A stretch of DNA of 64,000 bases, taken from assembly GCF_048934315.1 (NCBI RefSeq), contig NC_133691.1:9183097-9247096 (forward strand). The letters run 5' to 3'. Source of the stretch: Petromyzon marinus. Lineage: Eukaryota. Within the stretch, counting starts at the first letter, position 1. Each line of letters opens with the position of its first letter. The notes under the pieces are model-generated. The model made no database searches. It saw only the letters and a program-made list of their open reading frames with translations, and had not been told where the DNA came from. Position numbers and translations under genes: made by a program. Of the stretch, positions 37,091 to 47,790 are shown piece by piece.

Positions 37091-40000
37091 GGTGGGAGGG
37101 GTGGAGTGGGGCTGCGGAGGGGTGGGGAGGGGTGGGGTGGGGCTGGGTGGAGGGGTGGGGAGGGGTGGGGGTGGGGCTGGGTGGGAGGGGTGGGGAGGGG
37201 TGGGTGGGGCTGGGTGGGAGGGGTGGGGCTGGTGGAGGGGGTGGGGTGGGCTGGGTGGGAGGGGTGGGGTGGGGCTGGGTGGGAGGGGTGGGTGGGGCTG
37301 GGTGGAGGGGGTGGGGTGGGCTGGGTGGGAGGGTGGGGTGGGGCTGGGTGGGAGGGTGGGGTGGGGCTGGGTGGGAGGGGTGGGGTGGGGCTGGGGTGGG
37401 AGGGTGGGGCTGGGTGAGGGGTGGGGTGGGGCTGGGTGGGAGGGGTGGGGTGGGGCTGGGTGGGGAGGGTGGGGTGGGGCTGGGTGGAGGGGTGGGGTGG
37501 GGCTGGGTGGAGGGGTGGGGTGGGGCTGGGTGGGAGGGGTGGGGTGGGGCTGGGTGGGAGGGGTGGGGTGGGGCTGGGTGGGAGGTGGGGTGGGGCTGGT
37601 GGGAGGGGTGGAGGTGGGGCTGGGTGGGAGGGGTGGGGGTGGGGCTGGGTGGGAGGGGTGGGGTGGGGCTGGGTGGGAGGGGTGGGGTGGGGCTGGGTGG
37701 GAGGAGTGGGGTGGGGCTGGGTGGGAGGTGTGGGGTGGGGCTGGGTGGGAGGGGTGGGGTGGGGCTGGGTGGGAGGGGTGGGGCTGGGGGAGGGTGGGTG
37801 GGGCTGGGTGGAGGGGTGGGGTGGGGCTGGGTGGGAGGGGTGGGATGGGGCTGGTGGGAGGGTGGGGAGGGGCTGGGTGGGAGGGGTGGGGAGGGGCTGG
37901 GTGGGAGGGGTGGGGAGGGGCTGGGTGGGAGGGGTGGGGAGGGGTGGGAGGGGTGGGGTGGGGCTGGGTGGGAGGGGTGGGGTGGAGGGGTGGGGTGGGG
38001 CTGGGTGGGAGGGGTGGGGTGGGGCTGGGTGGGAGGGGTGGGGTGGGATGGGGCTGGGTGGGAGGGGTGGGGTGGGAGGGGTGGGGTGGGGCTGGGTGGG
38101 AGGGGTGGGAGGGGTGGAGTGGGGCTGGGTGGGAGGGGTGGAGTGGGGCTGGGTGGGAGGGGTGGGGTGGGGCTGGGTGGGAGGGGTGGGGTGGGGCTGG
38201 GTGGGAGGGGTGGGGCTGGGTGGGAGGGGTGGGGTGGGGCTGGGTGGGAGGGGTGGGGTGGGGCTGGGTGGGAGGGGTGGGGTGAGGGCTGGGTGGGAGG
38301 GGTGGGGTGGGGCTGGGTGGAGGGGTGGGGTGGGGCTGGGTGGGAGGGGTGGGGTGGGGTGGGGCTGGGTGGGAGGGGTGGGGCTGGGTGGGAGGGGTGG
38401 GGTGGGGCTGGGTGGGAGGGGTGGGGTGGGGCTGGGTGGGAGGGGTGGGGTGGGGCTGGGTGGGAGGGGTGGGGTGGGGCTGGGTGGGAGGGGTGGGGTG
38501 GGGCTGGGTGGGAGGGGTGGGGCTGGGTGGGAGGGGTGGGGTGGGCTGGGTGGGAGGGGTGGGGTGGGGCTGGGTGGGAGGGGTGGGGTGGGGCTGGGTG
38601 GGAGGGGTGGGGTGGGGCTGGGTGGGAGGGGTGGGGTGGGGCTGGGTGGGAGGGGTGGGGTGGGGCTGGGTGGGAGGGGTGGGGTGGGGCTGGGTGGGGA
38701 GGGGTGGGGCTGGGTGGGAGGGGTGGGGTGGGGCTGGGTGGGAGGGGTGGGGTGGGGCTGGGTGGGAGGGGTGGGGTGGGGCTGGGTGGGAGGGGTGGGA
38801 TGGGGCTGGGTGGGAGGGGTGGGGAGGGGCTGGGTGGGAGGGGTGGGGAGGGGCTGGGTGGGAGGGGTGGGGAGGGCTGGGTGGGAGGGGGGTGGGGAGG
38901 GGTGGGAGGGGTGGGGTGGGGCTGGGTGGGAGGGGTGGGGCTGGGTGGGAGGGGTGGGGTGGGGCTGGGTGGGAGGGGTGGGGTGGGGCTGGGTGGGAGG
39001 GGTGGGGTGGGGCTGGGTGGGAGGGGTGGAGTGGGGCTGGGTGGGAGGGGTGGGGTGGGGCTGGGTGGGAGGGGTGGGGTGGGGCTGGGTGGGAGGGGTG
39101 GGGTGGGGCTGGGTGGGAGGGGTGGGGTGGGGCTGGGTGGGAGGGGTGGGGCTGGGTGGGAGGGGTGGGGCTGGGTGGGAGGGGTGGGTGGGGCTGGGTG
39201 GGAGGGGTGGGGTGGGGCTGGGTGGGAGGGGTGGGGTGGGGCTGGGTGGGAGGGGTGGGATGGGGCTGGGTGGGAGGGGTGGGGAGGGGCTGGGTGGGAG
39301 GGGTGGGGAGGGGCTGGGTGGGAGGGGTGGGGAGGGCTGGGTGGGAGGGGTGGGGAGGGGTGGGAGGGGTGGGGTGGGGCTGGGTGGGAGGGGTGGGGTG
39401 GGAGGGGTGGGGTGGGGCTGGGTGGGAGGGGTGGGGTGGGGCTGGGTGGGAGGGGTGGGGTGGGATGGGGCTGGGTGGGAGGGGTGGGGGTGGGAGGGGT
39501 GGGGTGGGGCTGGGTGGGAGGGGTGGGAGGGGTGGAGTGGGGCTGGGTGGGAGGGGTGGGAGGGGTGGAGTGGGGCTGGGTGGGAGGGGTGGGAGGGGTG
39601 GAGTGGGGCTGGGTGGGAGGGGTGGGAGGGGTGGGGTGGGGCTGGGTGGGAGGGGTGGGTGGGGTGGGGCTGGGTGGGAGGGGTGGGAGGGGTGGGGTGG
39701 GGCTGGGTGGGAGGGGTGGGAGGGGTGGGGTGGGGCTGGGTGGGAGGGGTGGGAAAGGTGGGAGGGGTGGGGTGGGGCTGGGTGGGAGGGGTGGGGTGGG
39801 GCTGGGTGGGAGGGGTGGGGTGGGGCTGGGTGGGAGGGGTGGGGTGGGGCTGGGTGGGAGGGGTGGGGTGGGGCTGGGTGGGGAGGGGTGGGGTGGGGCT
39901 GGGTGGGAGGGGTGGGGTGGGGCTGGGTGGGAGGGGTGGGGTGGGGCTGGGTGGGAGGGGTGGGGTGGGGCTGGGTGGGAGGGGTGGGGTGGGGCTGGGT

Positions 40001-43000
40001 GGGAGGGGTGGGGTGGGGCTGGGTGGGAGGGGTGGGGCTGGGTGGGAGGGGTGGAGTGGGGCTGGGTGGGAGGGGTGGGGCTGGGTGGGAGGGGTGGGGT
40101 GGGGCTGGGTGGGAGGGGTGGGGAGGGGCTGGGTGGGAGGGGTGGGGAGGGGCTGGGTGGGAGGGGTGGGGAGGGGCTGGGTGGGAGGGGTGGGGAGGGG
40201 TGGGAGGGGTGGGGTGGGGCTGGGTGGGAGGGGTGGGGTGGGAGGGGTGGGGTGGGGCTGGGTGGGAGGGGTGGGGTGGGGCTGGGTGGGAGGGGTGGGG
40301 TGGGATGGGGCTGGGTGGGAGGGGTGGGGTGGGAGGGGTGGGGTGGGGCTGGGTGGGGAGGGGTGGGAGGGGTGGAGTGGGGCTGGGTGGGAGGGGTGGG
40401 AGGGGTGGAGTGGGGCTGGGTGGGAGGGGTGGGAGGGGTGGAGTGGGGCTGGGTGGGAGGGGTGGGAGGGGTGGGGTGGGCTGGGTGGGAGGGGTGGGTG
40501 GGGTGGGGCTGGGTGGGAGGGGTGGGAGGGGTGGGGTGGGGCTGGGTGGGAGGGGTGGGAGGGGTGGGGTGGGGCTGGGTGGGAGGGGTGGGAGGGGTGG
40601 GGTGGGGCTGGGTGGGAGGGGTGGGAGGGGTGGGAGGGGTGGGGTGGGGCTGGGTGGGAGGGGTGGGGTGGGGCTGGGTGGGAGGGGTGGGAGGGGTGGG
40701 GTGGGGCTGGGTGGGAGGGGTGGGAGGGGTGGGGTGGGGCTGGGTGGGAGGGGTGGAGTGGGGCTGGGTGGGAGGGGTGGAGTGGGGCTGGGTGGGAGGG
40801 GTGGAGTGGGGCTGGGTGGGAGGGGTGGAGTGGGGCTGGGTGGGAGGGGTGGAGTGGGGCTGGGTGGGAGGGGTGGAGTGGGGCTGGGTGGGAGGGGTGG
40901 AGTGGGGCTGGGTGGGAGGGGTGGAGTGGGGGCTGGGTGGGAGGGGTGGAGTGGGGCTGGGTGGGAGGGGTGGGAGGGGTGGGGCTGGGTGGGAGGGGTG
41001 GGAGAGGTGGGGTGGGGCTGGGTGGGAGGGGTGGGGAGGTGTGGGGTGGGGCTGGGTGGGAGGGGTGGGGTGGGGCTGGGTGGGAGGGGTGGGGTGGGGC
41101 TGGGTGGGAGGGGTGGGGCTGGGTGGGAGGGGTGGGGTGGGGCTGGGTGGGAGGGGTGGGGTGGGGCTGGGTGGGAGGGGTGGGGTGGGGCTGGGTGGGA
41201 GGGGTGGGGTGGGGCTGGGTGGGAGGGGTGGGGTGGGGCTGGGTGGGAGGGGTGGGGAGGGGCTGGGTGGGAGGGGTGGGGAGGGGTGGGAGGGGTGGGG
41301 AGGGGTGGGAGGGGTGGGGTGGGGCTGGGTGGGAGGGGTGGGAGGGGTGGGGTGGGGCTGGGTGGGAGGGGGTGGGGTGGGGCTGGGTGGGAGGGGTGGG
41401 GTGGGATGGGGCTGGGTGGGAGGGGGTGGGGTGGGAGGGGTGGGGTGGGGCTGGCTGGGAGGGGTGGGAGGGGTGGAGTGGGGCTGGGTGGGAGGGGTGG
41501 GAGGGGTGGAGTGGGGCTGGGTGGGAGGGGTGGGAGGGGTGGAGTGGGGCTGGGTGGGAGGGGTGGGAGGGGTGGGGCTGGGTGGGAGGGGTGGGTGGGG
41601 TGAGGCTGGGTGGGAGGGGTGGGAGGGGTGGGGTGGGGCTGGGTGGGAGGGGTGGGAGGGGTGGGGTGGGGCTGGGTGGGAGGGGTGGGAGGGGTGGGAG
41701 GGGTGGGGTGGGGCTGGGTGGGAGGGGTGGGGTGGGGCTGGGTGGGAGGGGTGGGAGGGGTGGGGTGGGGCTGGGTGGGAGGGTTGGGAGGGGTGGGGTG
41801 GGGCTGGGTGGGAGGGGTGGGAGGGGTGGGGTGGGGCTGGGTGGGAGGGGTGGGAGGGGTGGGGTGGGGCTGGGTGGGAGGGGTGGGGTGGGGCTGGGTG
41901 GGAGGGGTGGGAGGGGTGGGGTGGGGCTGGGTGGGAGGGGTGGGGTGGGGCTGGGTGGGAGGGGTGGGAGGGGTGGGGTGGGGCTGGGTGGGGAGGGGTG
42001 GGAGGGGTGGGGTGTGGCTGGGTGGGAGGGGTGGGAGGGGTGGGGTGGGGGCTGGGTGGGAGGGGTGGGAGGGGTGGGGTGGGGCTGGGTGGGAGGGGTG
42101 GGGTGGGGCTGGGTGGGAGGGGTGGGTGGGGTGGGGCTGGGTGGGGAGGGGTGGGGTGGGGCTGGGTGGGAGGGGTGGGGTGGGGCTGGGTGGGAGGGGT
42201 GGGGCTGGGTGGGAGGGGTGGGGTGGGGCTGGGTGGGAGGGGTGGGGTGGGGCTGGGTGGGAGGGGTGGGGTGGGGGCTAGGTGGGAGGGGTGGGGCTGG
42301 GTGGGAGAGGTGGGGTGGGGCTGGGTGGGAGGGGTGGGGTGGGGCTGGGTGGGAGGGGTGGGGTGGGGCTGGGTGGGAGGGGTGGGGTGGGGTTGGGTGG
42401 GAGGGGTGGGGCTGGGTGGGAGGGGTGGGGAGGGGTGGGGCTGGGTGGGAGGGGTGGGGAGGGGTGGGGCTGGGTGGGAGGGGTGGGGAGGGGTGGGGCT
42501 GGGTGGGAGGGGTGGGGTGGGGCTGGGTGGGAAGGGTGGGGTTGGGCTGGGTGGGAAGGGTGGGAGGGGTGGGGTGGGGCTGGGTGGGAAGGGTGGGAGG
42601 GGTGGGGTGGGGCTGGGTGGGAAGGGTGGGAGGGGTGGGGTGGGGCTGGGTGGGAAGGGTGGGAGGGGTGGGGTGGGGCTGGGTGGGAAGGGTGGGAGGG
42701 GTTGGGTGGGGCTGGGTGGGAAGGTTAGGGTGGGGCTGGGTGGGAGGGGTGGGGTGGGGTGGGGCTGGGTGGGAGGGGTGGGGTGGGGTGGGAGGGGTGG
42801 GGTGGGGGCTGGGTGGGAGGGGTGGGGTGGGTCTGGGTGGGAGGGGTGGGGTGGGGCTGGGTGGGAGGGGTGGGGTGGGGTGGGGCTGGGTGGGAGGGGT
42901 GGGGTGGGGTGGGGCTGGGTGGGAGGGGTAGGGTGGGGTGGGGGCTGGGTGGGAGGGGTGGGGTGGAGCGGGGCTGGGTGGGAGGGGTGGGGTGGGGCTG

Positions 43001-46000
43001 GGTGGGAGGGGTGGGGTGGGGCTGGGTGGGAGGGGTGGGGTGGGGCTGGGTGGGAGGGGTGGGGTGGGGCTGGGTGGGAGGGTGGGGTGGGGCTGGGGTG
43101 GGGGAGTGGGGGGTGGGCTGTGGGAGGGTGGGGAGGGGTGGGGTGGGGCTGGGTGGGAGGGGTGGGGTGGGGCTGGGTGGGAGGGGTGGGGTGGGGCTGG
43201 GTGGAGGGGTGGGGTGGGGTGGGAGGGATGGGGTGGGGTGGGGCTGGGTGGGAGGGGTGGGGTGTGGTGGGGCTGGGAGGGAGGGGTGGGGTGGGGTGGG
43301 GCTGGGTAGGAGGGTTGGGGTGGGGTGGGGCTGGGTGGGAGGGGTGGGGTGGGGTGGGGCTGGGTGGGAGGTGTGGGGTAGGATGGGGCTGGGTGGAAGG
43401 GGTGGGGTGGGGCTGGGTGGGAGGGGTGGGGTGGGGTGGGGCTTGGTAGGAGGGGTGGGGTGGGGCTTGGTAGGAGGGATGGGGTGGGGTGGGGCTGGGT
43501 GGGAGGGGTGGGGTAGAGTGGGGCTGGGTGGGAGGGGTGGGGTAGGGTGGGGCTGGGTGGGAGGGGTGGGGTAGGGTGGGGCTGGGTGGGAGGGGTGGGA
43601 GGGGTGAGAGGGGTGGGGTGGGGCTGGGTGGGAGGGGTGGAGTGGGGCTGGGTGGGAGGGGTGGAGTGGGGCTGGGTGGGAGAGGTGGGGTGGGGCTGGG
43701 TGGGAGGGGTGGGGAGGTGTGGGGTGGGGCTGGGTGGGAGGGGTGGGGTGGGGCTGGGTGGGAGGGGTGGGGTGGGGCTGTGTGGGAGGGGTGGGGCTGG
43801 GTGGGAGGGGTGGGGTGGGGCTGGGTGGGAGGGGTGGGGTGGGGCTGGGTGGGAGGGGTGGGGTGGGGCTGGGTGGGAGGGGTGGGGCTGGGTGGGAGGG
43901 GTGTGGTGGGGCTGGGTGGGAGGGGTGGGGAGGGGCTGGGTGGGAGGGGTGGGGAGGGGTGGGAGGGGTGGGGAGGGGTGGAAGGGGTGGGGTGGGGCTG
44001 GGTGGGAGGGGTGGGGTGGGAAGGGTGGGTGGGGCTGGGTGGGAGGGGTGGGGTGGGGCTGGGTGGGAGGGGTGGGGTGGGATGGGGCTGGGTAGGAGGG
44101 GTGGGGTGGGAGGGGTGGGGTGGGGCTGGGTGGGAGGGGTGGGAGGGGTGGAGTGGGGCTGGGTGGGAGGGGTGGGAGGGGTGGAGTGGGGCTGGGTGGG
44201 AGGGGTGGGAGGGGTGGAGTGGGGCTGGGTGGGAGGGGTGGGAGGGGTGGGGTGGGGCTGGGTGGAGGGGTGGGTGGGGTGGGGCTGGGTGGGAGGGGTG
44301 GGAGGGGTGGGTGGGGCTGGGTGGGAGGGGTGGGAGGGGTGGGGTGGGGCTGGGTGGGAGGGGTGGGAGGGGTGGGAGGGGTGGGGTGGGGCTGGGTGGG
44401 AGGGGTGGGGTGGGGCTGGGTGGTAGGGGTGGGAGGGGTGGGGTGGGGCTGGGTGGGAGGGGTGGGAGGGGTGGGGTGGGGCTGGGTGGGAGGGGTGGGA
44501 GGGGTGGGGTGGGGCTGGGTGGGAGGGGTGGGAGGGGTGGGGTGGGGCTGGGTGGGAGGGTGGGGCTGGGTGGGAGGGGTGGGAGGGGTGGGGTGGGGCT
44601 GGGTGGGAGGGGTGGGAGGGGTGGGGTGTGGCTGGGTGGGAGGGGTGGGAGGGGTGGGGTGGGGCTGGGTGGGAGGGGTGGGAGGGGTGGGGTGGGGCTG
44701 GGTGGGAGGGGTGGGGTGGGGCTGGGTGGGAGGGGTGGGTGGGGTGGGGCTGGGTGGGAGGGGTGGGGTGGGGCTGGGTGGGAGGGGTGGGGTGGGGGCT
44801 GGGTGGGAGGGGTGGGGCTGGGTGGGAGGGGTGGGGTGGGGCTGGGTGGGAGGGGTGGGGTGGGGCTGGGTGGGAGGGGTGGGGTGGGGCTGGGTGGGAG
44901 GGGTGGGGTGGGGCTAGGTGGGAGGGGTGGGGCTGGGTGGGAGAGGTGGGGTGGGGCTGGGTGGGAGGGGTGGGGTGGGGCTGGGTGGGAGGGGTGGGGT
45001 GGGGCTGGGTGGGAGGGGTGGGGTGGGCTGGGTGGGAGGGGTGGGGCTGGGTGGGAGGGGTGGGGAGGGGTGGGGCTGGGTGGGAGGGGTGGGGAGGGGT
45101 GGGGCTGGGTGGGAGGGGTGGGGAGGGGTGGGGCTGGGTGGGAGGGGTGGGGTGGGGCTGGGTGGGAAGGGTGGGGCTGGGTGGGAAGGGTGGGAGGGGT
45201 GGGGTGGGGCTGGGTGGGAAGGGTGGGAGGGGTGGGGTGGGGCTGGGTGGGAAGGGTGGGAGGGGTGGGGGTGGGGCTGGGTGGGAAGGTTGGGGTGGGG
45301 CTGGGTGGGAGGGGTGGGGTGGGGTGGGGCTGGGTGGGAGGGGTGGGTCTGGGTGGGAGGGGTGGGGTGGGGCTGGGTGGGAGGGGTGGGGTGGGGTGGG
45401 GCTGGGTGGGAGGGGTGGGGTGGGGTGGGGCTGGGTGGGAGGGGTAGGGTGGGGTGGGGCTGGGTGGGAGGGGTGGGGTGGAGCGGGGCTGGGTGGGAGG
45501 GGTGGGGTGGGGCTGGGTGGGAGGGGTGGGGTGGGGCTGGGTGGGAGGGGTGGGGTGGGGCTGGGTGGGAGGGGTGGGGTGGGGCTGGGTGGGAGGGGTG
45601 GGGTGGGGCTGGGTGGGAGGGGTGGGGAGGGGTGGGGTGGGGCTGGGTGGGAGGGGTGGGGTGGGGCTGGGTGGGAGGGGTGGGGTGGGGCTGGGTGGGA
45701 GGGTGGGGTGGGGTGGCAGGGATGGGGTGGGGTGGGGCTGGGTGGGAGGGGTGGGGTGTGGTGGGGCTGGGAGGGAGGGGTGGGGTGGGGTGGGGCTGGG
45801 TAGGAGGGTTGGGGTGGGGTGGGGCTGGGTGGGAGGGGTGGGGTGGGGTGGGGCTGGGTGGGAGGTGTGGGGTAGGATGGGGCTGGGTGGGAGGGGTGGG
45901 GTGGGGCTGGGTGGGAGGGGTGGGGTGGGGTGGGGCTTGGTAGGAGGGCTGGGGTGGGGCTTGGTAGGAGGGGTGGGGCTGGGTGGGAAGGGTGGGAGGG

Positions 46001-47790
46001 GTGGGGTGGGGCTTGGTGGGAAGGGTGGGAGGGGTGGGGTGGGGCTGGGTGGGAAGGTTGGGGTGGGGCTGGGTGGGAGGGGTGGGGTAGGGTGGGGCTG
46101 GGTGGGAGGGGTGGGGTAGGGTGGGGCTGGGTGGGAGGGGTGGGAGGGGTGAGAGGGGTGGGGTGGGGCTGGGTGGGAGGGGTGGGAGGGGTGGGGTGGG
46201 GCTGGGTGGGAGGGGTGGGAGGGGTGGGGCTGGGTGGGAGGAGTGGGAGGGGTGGGGTGGGGCTGGGTGGGAGGGGTGGGAGGGGTGGGGTGGGGCTGGG
46301 TGGGAGGGGTGGGAGGGGTGGGGTGGGGCTGGGTGGGAGGGGTGGGGTGGGGCTGGGTGGGAGGGGTGGGGTGGGGCTGGGTGGGAGGGGTGGGGAGGGG
46401 TGGGGCTGGGTGGGAGGGGTGGGGCTGGGTGGGAAGGGTGGGAGGGGTGGGGTGGGGCTTGGTGGGAAGGGTGGGAGGGGTGGGGTGGGGCTGGGTGGGA
46501 AGGTTGGGGTGGGGCTGGGTGGGAGGGGTGGGGTGGGGTGGGGTGGGGCTGGGTGGGAGGGGTGGTTGGGGTGGGAGGGGTGGGGTGGGGCTGGGTGGGA
46601 GGGGTGGGGTGGAGCTGGGTGGGAGGGGTGGGGCTGGGTGGGAGGGGTGGGGTGGGGCGGGGCTGGGTGGGAGGGGTGGGGTAGGGCTGGGTGGGAGGGG
46701 TGGGGTGGGGCTTGGTGGGAGGGGTGGGGCTGGGTGGGAGGGGTGGGGTGGGGCTGCGTGGGAGGAGTGGGGTGGGGCTGGGTGGGAGGGATGGGGTGGG
46801 GCTGGGTGGTAGGGGTGGGGTGGGGTGGGAGGAATGGGGTGGGGTGGGGCTGGGTGGGAGGGGTGGGGTGGGGCTGGGTGGGAGGGGTGGGGGTGGGCTG
46901 GGTGGGAGGGGTGGGGTGGGGCTGGGAGGGAGGGGTGGGGTTGGGTGGGGCTGAGTAGGAGGGTTGGGGTGGGGCTGGGTGGGAGGGGTGGGGTGGGGTG
47001 GGGCTGGGTGGGAGGTGTGGGGTAGGGTGGGGCTGGGTGGGAGGGGTGGGGGGGGTGGGGCTGGGTGGGAGGGGTGGGGTGCGGTGGGGCTGGGTGGGAG
47101 GGGTGGGGTGGGGCTGGGTGGGAGGGGTGGGGTGGGGTGGGGCTGGGTGGGAGGGGTGGGGTGGGGTGGGGCTTGGTAGGAGGGGTGGGGTGGGGCTTGG
47201 TAGGAGGGGTGGGGTGGGGTGGGGCTGGGTGGGAGGGGTGGGGTAGGGTGGGGCTGGGTGGGAGGGGTGGGGTAGGGTGGGGCTGGGTGGGAGGGTTGGG
47301 GTAGGGTGGGGCTGGGTGGGAGGGGTGGGGTGGGGTGGGGCTGGGTGGGAGGGGTGGGGTGGGGCTGAGTGGGAGGGGTGGGGTGGGGCTGGGTGGGAGG
47401 GGTGGGGTGGGGTGGGGCTGGGTGGGAGGGGTGGGGAGGGGCTGGGTGGGAGGGGTGGGGTGAGGTGGGGCTGGGTGGGAGGGGTGGGGTGGGGCTGGGT
47501 GGGAGGGGTGGGGTGGGGTGGGGCTGGGTGGGAGGGGTGGGGCTGGGTGGGAGGGGTGGGGTGGGGCTGGGTGGGAGGGGTGAGGTGGGGCTGGGTGGGA
47601 GGGGTGGGATGGGGTGGGGCTGGGTGGGAGGGGTGGGGTGGGGCTGGGTGGGAGGGGTGGGGTGGGGCTGGGTGGGAGGGGTGGGGTGGGGCTGAGTAGG
47701 AGGGGTGGGGTGGGGCTGGGTGGGAGGGGTGGGGTGGGGCTGGGTGGGAGGGGTGGGGTGGGGCTGGGTGGGAGGAGTGGGGTTGGGCGG
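37090..47790 (+). repeat. G-rich minisatellite, sub-domain B. The unit switches to GGGAGGGGTGGGGTGGGGCTGGGT (GGAGT to GGGGT), mixed with 33-36-bp variants carrying an extra GGGAGGGGT and GGGAAGGG variants. It is organised in ~2.5-2.7 kb higher-order repeats
   Basis: Variant blocks recur at about 2.5-2.7 kb spacing. One example is gggaggggtgggag(a)ggtg(a)ggggtggggtggggctgggtgggaggggtggggaggtgtggggtggggctg at ~40990 and ~43690, with a partial third copy at ~46120. Another is the GGGAAGGGTGGGAGGGGT blocks at 42500-42720 and 45170-45300. Confidence 0.9.
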
